NCBI RefSeq assembly: GCF_009914755.1 | Contig: NC_060936.1 | Origin: the human T2T-CHM13v2.0 reference genome, Homo sapiens | DNA length: 64,000 nucleotides | Direction: 5' to 3' (one strand) | Shown: piece after piece, positions 1 through 15,420 of the stretch | Numbering within the stretch: the first letter of the stretch is position 1 | How the letters are laid out: each line of letters begins with the position of its first letter | Translations under genes and position numbers: made by a program | The notes under the pieces: model-generated | What the model saw: the letters and a program-made list of their open reading frames with translations, nothing else | Told to the model about the DNA's origin: nothing | Database searches by the model: none

Positions 1-1663
1 CCAACATCTACTGTTTTTTGATTTTTTGATCATGGCCATTCTTGCAGGAGTAAGGTGGTATCGCACTGTGGTTTTGATTGGCATTTCCCTGATCATTTGT
101 GATGTTGAGCATTTTTTCATATGTTTGTTGGCCATTTATATATATTCTTTTGAGAATTGTCTATTCATGTCCTTAGCCCACTTTTTCATGGGATTGTTTT
201 TTTTTTCTTACTGATTTGTTTGAGTCCGTTGTAGATTCTGGATATTAGTCCTTTATCAGATGCATAGTTTGTGAAGATTTTCTCCCACTTTGTGGGCTGT
301 CTGTTTACTCTGCTGACTGCTCCTTTTGCCATGCAAAAGCTCTTTAGTTTAATTAGGTCCCAGCTATTTATCTTTGTTTTTATTGCATTTGCTTTTGTGG
401 TTTTGTCATAAAATCCTTGCCTAAGCCAATGTCTAGAAGGGTTTTTCCAACGTTATCTTCTAGAATTTTTATAGTTTCAGGTCTTAGGTTTAAGTCCTTA
501 ATCCACCTTGAGTTGATTTTTGTACAAGGTGAGAGATGAGGAGCCAGTTTCATTCTCCTATATGTGGCTAGCCAATTATCCCAGCACCATTTGTTGAAAA
601 GAGTGTCTTTTCCCCACTTTGTGTTTTTGTTTGCTTTGTCAAGGAGCCGTTGGCTGTAAGTATTTGGGTTTATTTCTGGGTTCTCTATTCTGTTCCGTTG
701 GTCTATGTGCCTATTTTTGTTCCAGTACCATGCTGTTTCGGTGACTGTGGCCTTATAGTGAAGTTTGAGATCAGGTAGTGTGATGCCTCCAGATTTGTTC
801 TTTTTGCTTAGTCTTGCTTTGGCTATGTGGGCTTTTTTTTAGTTCCATATGAATTTTAGAATTGCTTTTTCTAACTCTGTGAAGAATGATGGTGGTATTT
901 TGATGGGGATTGCATTGAATTTGTAGATTGCTTTTGGCAGTATGGTCATTTTCACAATATTGATTGTACCCATCCATGAGCATGGGATGTGTTTCCATTT
1001 GTTTGTGTCATCTATGATTTCTTTCAGCAATATTTTGTAGTTTTCCTTGTAGATGTCTTCCAACTTGTTTGTTAGGTATATTCCTAAGTATTTTTTTTTT
1101 TTTTTTGCAGCTATTGTAAAAGGGATTGAGTTCTTGATTTGATTCTCTGCTTGGTCACTGTTGGTGTATAGTAGACCTACTGATTTGCGTATATTAATCT
1201 TGTATCTGGAAACTTTGCTGAATTGTTTTATCAATTCTAGGAGCTTTCTGGAGGAGTCCTTAGGGTTTTCAATGGTCATATCATCCATAAACAAGGACAG
1301 TTTGACTTCCTCTTTACTGATTTGGATGCCCTTTATTTTCTTTTCTTGTCTGATTTCTCTGGCTAGGACTTCCAGTAGTATGTTGAAGAGGAGTGGTGAC
1401 AGTGGGCATCCTTGTCTTGTTCCCGTTCTGAGAGAGAAATTTTTCAACTTTTCCCCATTCGGTATTATGTTGGCTCTAGGTTTGTCATAGAAGGCTTTTA
1501 TTACATTAAGCTATGTCCTTTGTATGCCGATTTTGCTGAGGATTTTAATCATAAAGGGATGCTGGGTTTTATCAAATATTTTTTTCTGCATCTATTGAGA
1601 TGATCATGTGATTTTTTTTCTGTTTATGTGGTGTATCACATTTATTAACTTGTGTATTTTAAA
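1..1663 (-). mobile_element. LINE-1 fragment (L1PB-like), ORF2 RT/C-terminal region; 5'-truncated at ~1663 and runs off the window start
   Basis: ORF 839..1447(-) translates as L1 ORF2 RT ([15 protein letters not shown]...LSLFMDD...KYLGIYLT...[10 protein letters not shown]). Flanking sequence resembles L1PB. Confidence 0.92.
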
Positions 1664-1949
1664 TGAATGTTCTAATAGTTTCAAATCATTTGAAATGAAT
1701 GTTCTAGATAGTTTCAAATCCTTTCAAATCATCCTATGACCTTTGAAAAGAAGTTAATCCATTTATTGACATTTTTCAAGTCAGCAGTATATATATACAT
1801 ATACATGTTATACATATGTGTATGCGTAAATACACATATATATTAGACCTGCAGTATACATATGATAAAAAAGTTATTAAAGTCTTTGGAGATGGATGAT
1901 GCAATACAGGCAAAGAATAAAATACAAATTTAAAAGTACAAAGTACAAC

Positions 1950-2880
1950 TGAAAACATATATCAAAAAGCAAATACATGAGGGAAATATTCACTTCAAAT
2001 ATAATAGACAAAGGGTTCATATATAAATATTTCATATTAATTCATGATAAAACTACCAGGAAGCTAATACAAAATATAGTGGGGGAGAGGACAGAGTACT
2101 TGAGCAGACAATTCGCAGAAATGAAGTATAAATGATTAATATATACATGAAAGATAATATTTAGCTTCACTAATAAAGAAATGCAAATTATAGTACCAAG
2201 TGAACATTTTCCTAGCAAGAATAAAAATGTGTAATCTTTTCAAAATGTAAGTTCAGATCAAAATGGTCTACTAAGTTTAAACTTGAAGGTACCCCCTTTG
2301 CTTTGAACACATAGCAATGTCAGATTAAGTCTAAAAAGAGCAAAGCAGAAAGACATATCAGGGTTCAAAAATAAACTCATGAAACTCTAGAAACAATTTA
2401 GAATATTTTAAAGGCATAACATATTTCTATAAGCTTTATGCTAATATAACTTCAAAGACATAAACAATTTCTCAATAAAATTAAAAGGTTCAAAATCAAT
2501 ATAAGAAGAAACTTTTAAAAACCTGGAAAGATAATCATTAAACACATTTACTGATCAATCAAAAGTTTCTCTCTAATAAAGACTCACATATATATGAAAA
2601 CTTACATGAGCGAGTGAGGAAATGGTGAACCATTTAATAAATGGTGCTTGCTATTGGTTATCTATGCGGAAAAATGACATCCTTACCTTACTTCATACAT
2701 ATAAATTAGTTCCAGCTGGAATAAAGGTCTCAATGACTAAAGAAAAACATTTGATATTTTTATTAAAAATATGGAATACATCTTCATAAACTTGTGATAG
2801 GAGATGACTTTTAAAAATTATGAAGCAAAAGCACAAATTATTTAAAAATATATATAAATTTGAATATTAAAATTGAAATG
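1950..2880 (+). mobile_element. Degraded old L1M (L1ME-like) ORF2 3' fragments
   Basis: Remnants such as 'agacaattcgcagaaatgaagtataaatg...cactaataaagaaatgcaaatt' and 'catttaataaatggtgcttg...catccttaccttacttcatacat' resemble the L1 ORF2 3' region. Confidence 0.55.
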
Positions 2881-2885
2881 TCCTA

Positions 2886-3180
2886 GGCCCAGTGCCTTGG
2901 CTCACACCTGTAATTAATCCCAGCATTTTGAGAGACCGAGCTGGGAGGATCACTTGAACCCAGGAGTTTGAGACCAGCCTGGGCAACAGAGTGAGACCTT
3001 GCCTTATAAAACTTTTAAAAAATTAGCCAGGCAGGGTGGCATGCACCTGAGATCCCAGCTATTTGGGAGACGGAGGAGGAAGGATCACTTGAGCCTAGGA
3101 GGTTGAGGCTGTAGTGAGCCATTATCATGCTATTGCACTCCAGCTTGGGCAACAGACCAAAATGCTGTCTCAAAAAAAAA
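2886..3180 (+). mobile_element. AluJ, full length
   Basis: Dimeric Alu with J diagnostics (ggatcacttgagcctaggaggttgaggctgtagtgagc) and an A-tail. Degenerate TSD aaattRaaatgtcct on both sides. Confidence 0.93.
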
Positions 3181-3949
3181 ATTAAAATGTCCTGTATCAA
3201 AAATGTTATAAACAAATCAAAGGACAAATCACAGATGTAAGTTAAACAAAATATTTATAATTGACCAATATATTACATCTGAAATACGGAAAGTATTCTT
3301 TTATTACAGACTTCTATTACTAGCAATATGTCCAACTAGAGACTCTGAAAACCTTCTGCCAAAAACATATGAGAGTGTTTGATAAAATACATACTTTCAT
3401 GTAAAAAATAAACCTGTGAGATAGTAATAAACTGTCCTCCTGCCAGAATCAAAACAATAGCAGAACTTCAGAGAGATAAGTAGGCTCTAAATCTTCTGGA
3501 TATACTGTTCTCCTAGAGCATAGTATTCTGGGACAAAGCCTTGGATGCAGCAGTGCCAGAAGCCATATTGAAAACTGTCCTGGAGATAGTTGGTACAAGA
3601 GATGCTATATCATCAGGGAAGTGGTAAACTAAAACATAAACTAAATGAAAATTTTCCCGCTCATCTTTGGCTCTAGGTACAGATTAAGAAAAGTTTTCAT
3701 GCAATTACAGGAACGCTGGCTGGTCTCACAAGGGTGTGATGCCTGAACCAATACACTTTGCATAATGTTAAATATACAAATTCTATAAATAGAATTTAAA
3801 GCTGATCCAAGTCTGTAGTGAGCTTCAGTATATAGAAAAGCAAATGCATTTTGTCCCTGGAGGAAATGTTATTCAACTTATGCCTCAAAATTTCTATAAA
3901 CAACCAACTTTCAAAATAGATTGTCTTCCAGTATTAAAATTATCAGTTA

Positions 3950-5125
<1,176 letters not shown>

Positions 5126-5707
5126 AATAGTAGTGTTTTATTATGGCATTATAATTAAGCAAAAATATTATATAATAATTATATGTAAACCAGGAAGAAC
5201 GGTTATTGCAACTAAAGTATTCTAAAGACCTTATATTGTTTAAAATAAGGATAAATAGATTAACTTTAGTCTTTGTGAAGTATGCATGTCAACAGTTCTG
5301 TAAGAATAAAAAGAAGAGAAAAAAGGGCATGCCTTTTAAGTGAGTGGGAGTTGGTGAAACAAGAAAAAAAAACAAAAAGAGAAAAATATCCTCAATCTAT
5401 TAAAATAAAGAAAATGAGAGAGAAGAAGAAGAGATAGAAGAAGGAAAAAGAGGTGAAGGTGAAAGAAAGGGAAAGGAAAAGGGTAAGGATAAGGACAACT
5501 CTAATTAAATATCTTCGTAGTTAAACATTTACTTATTAACACATTTCTCAGTGGTTTACCCATTTGTTTTTACAAGAAATAGGTGTTATTAATTATCCTA
5601 ATTTATAGTTTACAATTGAGAATCTAAACTATAATACAAAAGTCACATATCAACTTGAAAAATTGTTGCTAAAGTATTTGCAGGAAACAATGGCCTTAAA
5701 TGCATGA

Positions 5708-6770
5708 TTTTTTTGTGGTAAAAACACATAACACAAAATTTACCATCTCAACCTCTTTTAGGTGTACAATTCAGTAGTGTTAAGCATATTCATATTATTG
5801 TGAAAGAGACCGCCAGAACTCTTCATCTTGTAAAACTGAAACTTTCTACCTGTTAAACAACTCCCCTTTCACCTCCTCCTCTCAGTCCTGATTATTCTAC
5901 TTTCTGTTTCTATGACTTTAATTGCTTTAGATATCACGTATAAGTGAAATCATACAGGGTTTGTCTGTTTGTGACTGATGTATTTCACTAAGCATAATGC
6001 CCTCAAGGTTCATCCATCTTGTGGCATGTAACAGGATTTTCTAATCTTTTTAAGGCTGGATAATATTCCATTTTTTGTACAGACCACATTTTGTTGATCC
6101 ATTCATCTGTGGATGGACATTTGAGTTGCTTCCACTTCTTGACTGTTGTGAACATAAGCGTGCAAATATCTCTTTAAGGTCCTGCTTTCAATTCTTTTGG
6201 ACAGATACCCAGAAATGGGATTTCTGTATCATATGATAGTTCTAATTTTAATTTTTTGAGAAATAGTCGTAATGATTTACATAGCAATTGCACTATTTTA
6301 CAATTCCATCAACAGCGTGCAAAGATTTCAATTTCTCCACATTCTTGCCAACACTTGCTATTATCCATATATTTTTTAGTAGCCATCCTAATGGGTATAA
6401 GATGATATATCATTGTGGTTTTGATTTGCATTACTCTGATTATTAGTGATGTTGAACATCTTTTAATATGTTAGCATTTGTATATCATTTGTGAAGAAAT
6501 GCCTATTCAAGTCTTTTGCCTACTTTTTAATCAGGTGGTTTAATTTTTTGTTGTTGAGTTATGAGAGTTCTGTATATATTTTGGATATTAACCTCTTATC
6601 AGATATATGACTTGCAAACATTGCCCCCTATTCTGTAGGTTGCTTTTTGACTCTGTTGATTGTGTGCTTTGATACACAAAAGTGTTTAAGATTGATGTGG
6701 TCCTATTTGCCAATTTTTATTTTTATTGCTTGTGCTTTTGGTGTCTTATCCAAGAAATAATTGTCGAGTC
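5708..6770 (-). mobile_element. L1MB-type 3' end fragment
   Basis: Typical antisense L1MB 3' end ('aaatttaccatctcaacc...tgtacaattcagtagtgttaag...aaactgaaact') continuing into ORF2 3' sequence. Confidence 0.8.
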
Positions 6771-6789
6771 ACATGCTTGTTTTTTTTTC

Positions 6790-7090
6790 CCAAAAGGCAG
6801 AGTGTTAAGTATCTAAGACATTAGAGAAAGAATCAGAGAAAACCCAGACGAAGTAGTACAAAGAAAATTAAAAAGATAACAGAAACAATTAATTAAACAG
6901 AAAACAAAATATATTGTGGAAGATTAACAAATACAAAAATGTATTATTTGAAAAGACTAATAAAATTTAGAAGCCTCTTAATTACATTCTAGCAAGTGTG
7001 ATTAAGGAAAAGAGAAAGAAAAAAGAAATGAACGACACTAATAATTGAAAAGTAACATAACAAATACATTAAAAACCCTAGATCATAATG
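6790..7090 (+). mobile_element. Old L1M ORF2 fragment
   Basis: 'gtattatttgaaaagactaataaaatttagaagcctct' resembles the ORF2 WFFEKINKIDKPL region. Confidence 0.55.
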
Positions 7091-7179
7091 GTTTAAGGAA
7101 AAGAGTGTTTCACATTGTAACTCTATTTGATCTGACTGAGAACCAAATCCCTGAGAAATAGTTAGCTGTTTTAAAGTAG

Positions 7180-7405
7180 AGTGGCCAATGGTTAAGAGCA
7201 AGTATTTTTAACCTTGTTTTGAATCCCAGCCCTGCCACTTAACTATCTTTGTGTAAATTACTTAACCTGTCCCTACCTTGTTTACTTATGTCTAAATGGA
7301 GATTATAGTAGTACCTTCCTCATAGGGTTGCTGAGTTATTAAATTAAATTCATGAATATATTTTACCTCTCTTGCACTTAGTATGTGATAAACAAATGTT
7401 TGCTG
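7180..7405 (+). mobile_element. MIR SINE
   Basis: 'tggttaagagc...tttgaatcccagccctgccactt...ttacttaacct...aaatggagattatagtagtacc...catagggttg' matches the MIR core. Confidence 0.75.
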
Positions 7406-8128
7406 CAACAATGACTAGAGTAGTAACATGGAATAACTCTAGTGGAGCAATATTCTTTCCACTGTTTCTGCTGTTGCACTTTCTGAGCTTTTCAATGCTT
7501 ATCAACATAGTTCTATCTAGTAAGGCAGAATGAAAGGGAGAGCAGATGAAATAAAAATTAAAAGTTACATTTCAGCAATGCTTATTAGAGTTTGGAGAAG
7601 GAAGTGAAACTTGGTAACTTGTATTTTAAAAATTTATACCTCTATTTTGCCTATTCATTGACAGTTGGCTATACTCAGGCCAAATTTATACAGCAACCGT
7701 AAGCAGTTCTTCAGTTTAAATCAATTAGTTTAAACGAAGTTCCAGTTTAAAAACTCAGATCAAGTCAATAAATCATATTAAGTTCTTTTTGTGTAATCCA
7801 ACTTTTATTTTATTTTAATAACCGTTTAATTGTGTCATTTGCCAGCAAGTAAGGCCTTTAAAAGTGTTATTGTGTTTTGTCCAATGTTATATTGCTATCT
7901 CTAGCGTAAAGCATGGCACACACTAGCCTCTAATCATTATTTGATCGATGAATAAAATAAGTAGCAACTTATTTCCATGTAGCATCTTCATGAATCTCCA
8001 GGAACTTACTTGATGTACTTATTTTGATTATGTTTCTGCTTTGTTTCTAATTTTTATCTATATCTCACACTTACCATTTTATCTCTGCCCGTGGAACTTG
8101 GACTGGGAGACAAGGTATCATAGAAGTT

Positions 8129-8519
<391 letters not shown>

Positions 8520-8689
8520 TTAGTTACCCCTTTGAAGTTCCTTTTCATAATCTGTAAAATTCGTATGGAATTTTAGAAATAAAGGTAAGACTGAGCTGGA
8601 TTTCAATCCCAGTTCCAATACTTCCTAGCTTGGGGAAAGTCAATTATGTAATCTTGAATTAATATCAATTTCAAGTATATACTAGAGCT

Positions 8690-8795
8690 GTCTTTATGTA
8701 AAACTTATACAGTCCTATGAGACAGCTATTATTATTATTTCCGTTTTACAGATGAAGAAGCTAAAGCCAAGAGATCTTCAGGCTCCTACCCAAAG
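8690..8795 (-). mobile_element. MIR fragment
   Basis: 'cctatgagacagctattattattatttccgttttacagatgaagaagctaaag' is the antisense MIR core. Confidence 0.65.
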
Positions 8796-10132
8796 ATCTA
8801 TTCTGTCCTGTCAGACCTTCTTAAAGGTTATAATCTGAACTTTGCCCCATAAACCATTGGCTTGATTTCAGGGATACATCTTGCTATAGCAGAGTGGACA
8901 AGAAGACAATGATATTCTAGTTCTTGTACCTAGAAAATAGATGGTGGAGCGAGGAGAATTCTGATCCTTGTGAGTTGACCCATCTTCATGGACATGATAT
9001 TTGCCTTGTCTTTGGGGCTAAGTTCTTTGTGAAGTCCTTACATTAACTTCTGAAATTTCCCAATTTTCCAATGTAGTTATGAGCATTCATAAAATACATA
9101 TGATATCATTATGTGGGATAATTTGAAATGGTGGAATATTGAGGGATAGTTTACCTATCATAGTAGCTAAAACCATATACAGTCCCACATAAACAACTTG
9201 GAAATATCTCCAGGCAGTGGCTTCAGGACTCCAACTGTACTTCAAGCCATACCTCATAGACCAGCTTAAACTCAGGCTGCTAACTTTCAATTTCAACTGA
9301 GATGTAGAAAGTCACAAAAGACTGTTATTCCTACCTTAACAAAAACAAGTCAGATAAGTAATATTACCATAATTTTGTGAAACTTATCAGAGAGCTGAGA
9401 AAGGAATGAGTTCATTGTAGGAGAGAAGAGACATCTCAATGGTATGGTAGTGGAAGGAGCAAACCTGGCACAAATTGAGAGAAAAAGAAATCAGGAAAAT
9501 TTTAAACAAAGTTTTCATGGTCATATATGTATTGACATGATGGATTGGAATCCCAAGGTGCAAGAATCTCAGAGTGAATCCACACTCATCTTTCAATCTT
9601 TTCCTGTGGTGCCTTCACATAGTGCATGACGGCAGCATATCAAAGGCTGGGGGCAGGGGAAAAGGGCTGAGAAAATACCTCCAAGGTGCATGAACCCTTC
9701 ATCAAGTGACAGACAGTAGTCTGAAAAGGGCTGGGATTAGGGCAGCAGAGCTTACATGACTACTCTCCCAAAACACTCAGAGCTTTTACAGATTGTTTGC
9801 CAGCAGCCCATCAAAGGATGAGGGTAGGGCAGGAAAGCCAAGACAGATCTCTCAGGAGTGCAAAAGGCCACTACATGGTAGTGGCCCAATGAAGACAAGG
9901 TCAGGGCAGGAAAACTGAGACAGATCCCATCTTCATGCCCAAAGTGCACCAGGCCTTCACCAGATGGAACACAGCAAAGAGCAGCTAGATGCAGGGAGAG
10001 CTCTTGAAGTGCAGAAAGTAAGTGGAGGAGGGGAGGGCAGAGGTGCAAAGAAAGCTTCCTAGAAACTGCAAAGCTATCTGCTGGATTATAAAGCAGAAAG
10101 AGATATCTTACAGGTAAGAATGATGATAACTA

Positions 10133-10492
<360 letters not shown>

Positions 10493-11690
10493 TTAGAGTC
10501 TTGCTGATGCATAGATCTCAAGACCTGCAGATCTCATCTTCAAGACTTTTAAACCCGGAGATAAGCTGAATCTAATTAAAGCCATAACAAAACCCAGACC
10601 AACTGAATTAATGATTAAGTTGTCTCAAACTCTCACCATCACAGCCTGATAATGGAAGCAATACTATTTTCTAGCAATAAATATTATGCACTTCAGTGTC
10701 CAGAGTACGTTTTCACACGAAGTCTGGGATAAAATGAAAAATTATGAGACATAAAGCAGGACAATGTTACCTAATGGAAAAAACCTTCAACAGACACAAA
10801 CCACAGTTGACCCAGATGTTGCCATGAACAGATAGGAGCTTTAACATAACTACAATGAATATGTGAAAAGTTCTACTAGAAAAGATAGGCAACATGTGGA
10901 AATACACTGAGAATTTCACCAGAAAAATGGAATCTATAAAAAGATAGCCAAATGGAAATTCTAGCACTGAAAAAGTACAATTCTAGAATTGAAGAATTCA
11001 CTGAATGTGCTTAGCAGAGACTGGATACAGCAAAAAAAAATAGATTAGTAAACTTAAAATGGGTCAATGGAAATATTTTAAATTAAAACGAGAGGAGAAA
11101 AAATAGGGAAAACAACTTGAAAATTTCATCCAAGTTTTCTGGGGCCATACCAAGCTGTCTAACCTTGTATAACTGGAGACCAAGAAGGAAAGAAGAGAAT
11201 GGATGGTTTAGAATATTTGAAGAAAAAAGGCTTAAGAGTTTCCAAAATTGAAACAAATCAACCTGGAGATTCATAAAACTTGGCCAAATTCAAAACAGTA
11301 AAAATAAAAGCAATATCACATTTAGACACTCCTCATACTTCTGATAATGATAGATAAGGAGAAAAATCTTAAAAGCATCCAGAGAAGAAAAATACATTAC
11401 ATTTAGGGGAATAAGAATAAGAATTGTGGCCAGTTTTTTATTAAATATAATGAAGGTCAGACAACAATGGAATAAAATTTTTAAATTGCTTAACAAAAAT
11501 CTGTTAACTCAGAATTCTATACCCAGTGAAAAGTAAGCTGAGTCTGTCTCTAGCAGTCCTACACTAAAATAAAGGCTTTAGGCTGTAGGTGAATGATAGC
11601 AGATGGACAAGTGGATCTGCAGGAAGGAATGAAGAGCATTGTAAAGTGTAAATATGTGGCTAAATATAAAAGAACATTTTTATTATCTAC

Positions 11691-11692
<2 letters not shown>

Positions 11693-11722
<30 letters not shown>
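11693..11722. repeat. (TG)15 microsatellite
   Basis: Read directly from the sequence. Confidence 0.95.
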
Positions 11723-11726
<4 letters not shown>

Positions 11727-12822
11727 TAATTGCTTTAAAAAACTATTAACTCTTTTAAGAAAAAATAATATATTTTTAGGTTGATAACATATATAGATGT
11801 AGAATAAATAACCAAATAGAACAAAGGCCCAGAGGTGGAGGTAAATGAAATTATACCATTATAAATTTCTTACATTGTTCAAAAGAAAGGACATTCTTAG
11901 AAGGTAAACTGTGACATACGTGTATGTTAATATCTAAAATACTGGTAAAAAATACAAAGAGGTGTAGCTAGAAAGTCAATAGAGAAGATAAAATGGAATA
12001 AAACATATTTAATTGATCAAAAATAAAGCAGAAAAATAAAGAAGAGACAAATAGAAAACAAATAGCAAATTGGTAGACTTAAACTCAATCATAGCAATAA
12101 TTACATTACATAAAACAACCCCAACCATCCATTTAAAAGACAGAAATTATTAGACTGCATATGAAAAGCCCAACTCAACCATATAATGTCTAAAAGTATA
12201 CTTTAATTATAATAAAATGCACTTTAATTATATAGACTTAGACATGATGAAAATAAAATAATGGGAAGTAACATATTATGCAAACAAAAACATAAGATAT
12301 ATATAGCTATATCATATATATACATATTATGTATATGTATAGCTATATTAATATCTGACAAAATGAAATTCAAATAAAGATGTATTATCAGATATTATCT
12401 TTTATTACTTCTTAAATGGAAACACTTCATGATTATAGAAAGTTAATTCCTTTAAGAATGTTTTCTAGAATTGTTTTCTAACAATTTTAAATATGTGTGC
12501 ACCTAAGAAGAAATCAAATATTTGATTTAAAAATGACAAAAATAAAGGAAGATACATGCAAATCTATAATCATGGTAGAGGGTTTTGACACTCAGTTTCA
12601 ATAATTGATAGAACAGGTAGACAATAAATATGGTTATAGCATATTGGAACAACACTATTAACTAACATGACTAACTGACTTTTATAGGGTACTACATGCA
12701 GTAACCACAGAATACACTTCTTTTCAAGAGCACACAGAACATTCATCAAGATAGACCACATGCTAGGCCATTCAACAAGTCACAGTACATACCAAAATGT
12801 ATTATGAAAGAAGGAAAAGAGA

Positions 12823-13215
12823 AAACTACAATTCCATCCAGCAATCCCACTACTGGGTATATACCCAAAGAAAAATAAATCATTATATCGAAAAGATACC
12901 TGCACTAGTATGTTTATAGCAGCACTATTCACAATAGCAAAGATATGAAATCAACCTAACTGCCCATCAATAGATGAGTGGATAAAGAATTGTGGTGTTT
13001 ATAATAGTATTCCATAGTGTGTGTGTGTATGTGTGTGTATAACCCCTTTATATATACATACACCATGAAATACTATTTAGCCATAAGAAAGAATGAAATC
13101 ATGTCTTTTGCAACAACATGGATGGAACTGGAGGCCATTATCTTAAGTGAAACAAGTCAGACACAGAAAGGCAAATACCACATATTCTCACTTATAAGTG
13201 AGAGCTAAGTAGAGT
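12823..13215 (+). mobile_element. L1MA-type ORF2 end / 3'UTR fragment
   Basis: 'ccagcaatcccactactgggtatataccc...gcaacaacatggatggaactggaggccattatcttaagtgaaacaagtcag'. ORF 13017..13208 ends with the ORF2 C-terminus (SFATTWMELEAIILSE). Confidence 0.85.
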
Positions 13216-13274
13216 GTAAACATGGAAAATGATTTTTAAAAACAAATAACTAGAAAATTTTAGAAATAAAATAA

Positions 13275-13590
13275 AAATGCTACTTGTCACAACATGGATT
13301 AATCTCAAAATCATTAAGATACTAGACAAAAAACAATACAAACTATGATTTCATTTACATTATGCCCAAGAACAGGCAAAATTAATCTTTGCTGATAAAA
13401 TCAGAAAGTGGTAGTGGCAGTTGTGGGATGAAGTGACTGCAAAGGAACGTGCTGGAATTTTCTTGGGTGATATAAAATAGCCTGTATTTTTATTTACTGG
13501 TAGTTTTGTGGGGCTATATAGTTACCAAAACTGATTAACCTATAAATTTAAGGTTTGTGCATTTTATATACACTTATGCTTCAACAGAAA
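13275..13590 (+). mobile_element. L1ME/L1MD 3' end
   Basis: 'aacatggattaatctcaaaa...aagaacaggcaaaattaatc...tttcttgggtgat...gtgcattttat'. Confidence 0.65.
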
Positions 13591-15014
13591 TGAATAAACA
13601 GATAACAAAAAATTCCAGCTATTGACTCATCTTGGAACAAGTTCACCTTTAGGGTGTAATTCCTAAGCAGTATTTCTCCCAGTGAGTAATACAGACCACC
13701 TACACAGAAATAACCCAAGGGCTGTGTTACATATCAGATTCCAGTGCTTTACTCACATCATATCAACCAAAATAAAATGCAATCATGTTAAATATATAAA
13801 AATGTGTAAACATATACAGATATATTTATGTATATCTATATGTAGAGAGATGTAAATATTGGAGGAATTTAAAACATTTTCATGGTTAAATTATAATATA
13901 AATTCTATTCAATTTATATTAAATATTAATCATTAAATTTTAATAATTAAAATGGAAGAGAAACGAGCTTATCTGGCTTGTATATCCAACCTATCATTTA
14001 CTAACCAAGCTTTTGAAAGAAATTCTACTGGGTGCAGAAAGGTAAGAAATAGGGGAAGAAAGAATATAATGTACCTGGCCATATTCTTATATGCATGTTT
14101 GTAACTTAGCTTTCATTTAAATATCATGGATATAATTTAAATAGCAAATGGTTCTTGAAGGCACTACTGTTTCTCTCTCCCTGGTTTATCACTTGATTAT
14201 TATTTAACAGGGTTTCCCCAGGGACTAAAACAACTAGATTCAATCTGCCATGCTAAACTAGAAATCATGTCATATTTTCTAGCTCAGATAAAACGGTCAC
14301 CATTCTTAGGCTGTGTTATGTTACCTGAGCCTGGTTTCTTTCTTCCATTATACCGTGTAGTTCCAGCATTCGCTTCCTCTCCGAATGCTGTATGATTGTT
14401 GTTTTGTGTGTGTCTCTTGTAAGAATAGAGGCGTTCTCTAGGCCCTAATATTTTGGTGGAAAGAGCACCTTCCATGCTGAAATCAGTACTCCATTGGTTG
14501 GAAATGGCCAATACATGCTATTATTAAGTACCTGGTTGGAGTCACCCTTTCAGTGCAAGCCATCAGGGCATTGGGGGAATGCTGGTTCTGCTCTGTAATA
14601 TAAATTACTTCTTCCAGTTTTACTTTATTGCATTCAGTAGATCAATTTAAATTATTGCCAAAACTGTATTGAACAGGCTTCTCATTAGACTGCAAAATCC
14701 TTGAGGGCAAGGATTCTTTCTTCAAAACTATTTTAATTGCAGGTCTAGTACGTGTTAGGTGCTTGATTGCTGTAGAATCAACAATCAAATCATTGTTGAT
14801 TCAATGTACAAATTTATAGAGCTAAAATCTATCCTGTTTCATATTTCATATTTCCCTCTCCATCTTTGGACAGAGGTTTCCTACCAGTTACTAATCCATT
14901 CTATTTTCCTCACTTGTCGCCATATGTCTTCCCATTTTGATTTCAGAATATTATGAAAGAAGTAAGCTCTTTCTTGTCCCCTAAACCTGTCATACCCTGT
15001 GGGAGCTGTGCAAT

Positions 15015-15420
15015 CCAGGAACACTAAATTGCTTGTAGTTCATATGCATACAACAAAATGTGTCCTGCCTCCTTGCGTTTTGCTCATGCTCTCTCCTCTG
15101 GCTGGAATACCCTCTCCCCATCAACATTCATCCTGTGACAAACTTATACTCTCTTTAGGCATCCTCTCTACCAGAAAATCTTCTCTGATCTCTTAGCCTC
15201 AGAAGTGTAAACTGTTCCTCTCCTGGGAACCTGCAATATCACCTGCCCAGTCTTAACTGTTCTTATTACATTATATTCATCTGTGCCATATTACACATTA
15301 TGTAGCTGCCTCTTTCATTAGACTATGAGCCTATTACGCATGAAGAATGTACAGTATTTATATCTCTATATCCCCCTAACACACAGTAGATGTTTAAGTC
15401 ATGTGGTTTGAGAGAATGAG
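15015..15420 (+). mobile_element. L2 3' fragment
   Basis: 'ttgctcatgctctctcctctggctggaatacc...cattagactatgagc...acacagtagatgtttaag...gaatgag'. Confidence 0.65.

Noticed and set aside
5340-5495. GA-rich purine tract (also 42160-42210 and the pyrimidine tract at 24660-24740)
   Set aside because: Ordinary low-complexity sequence with no regular mirror symmetry evident.
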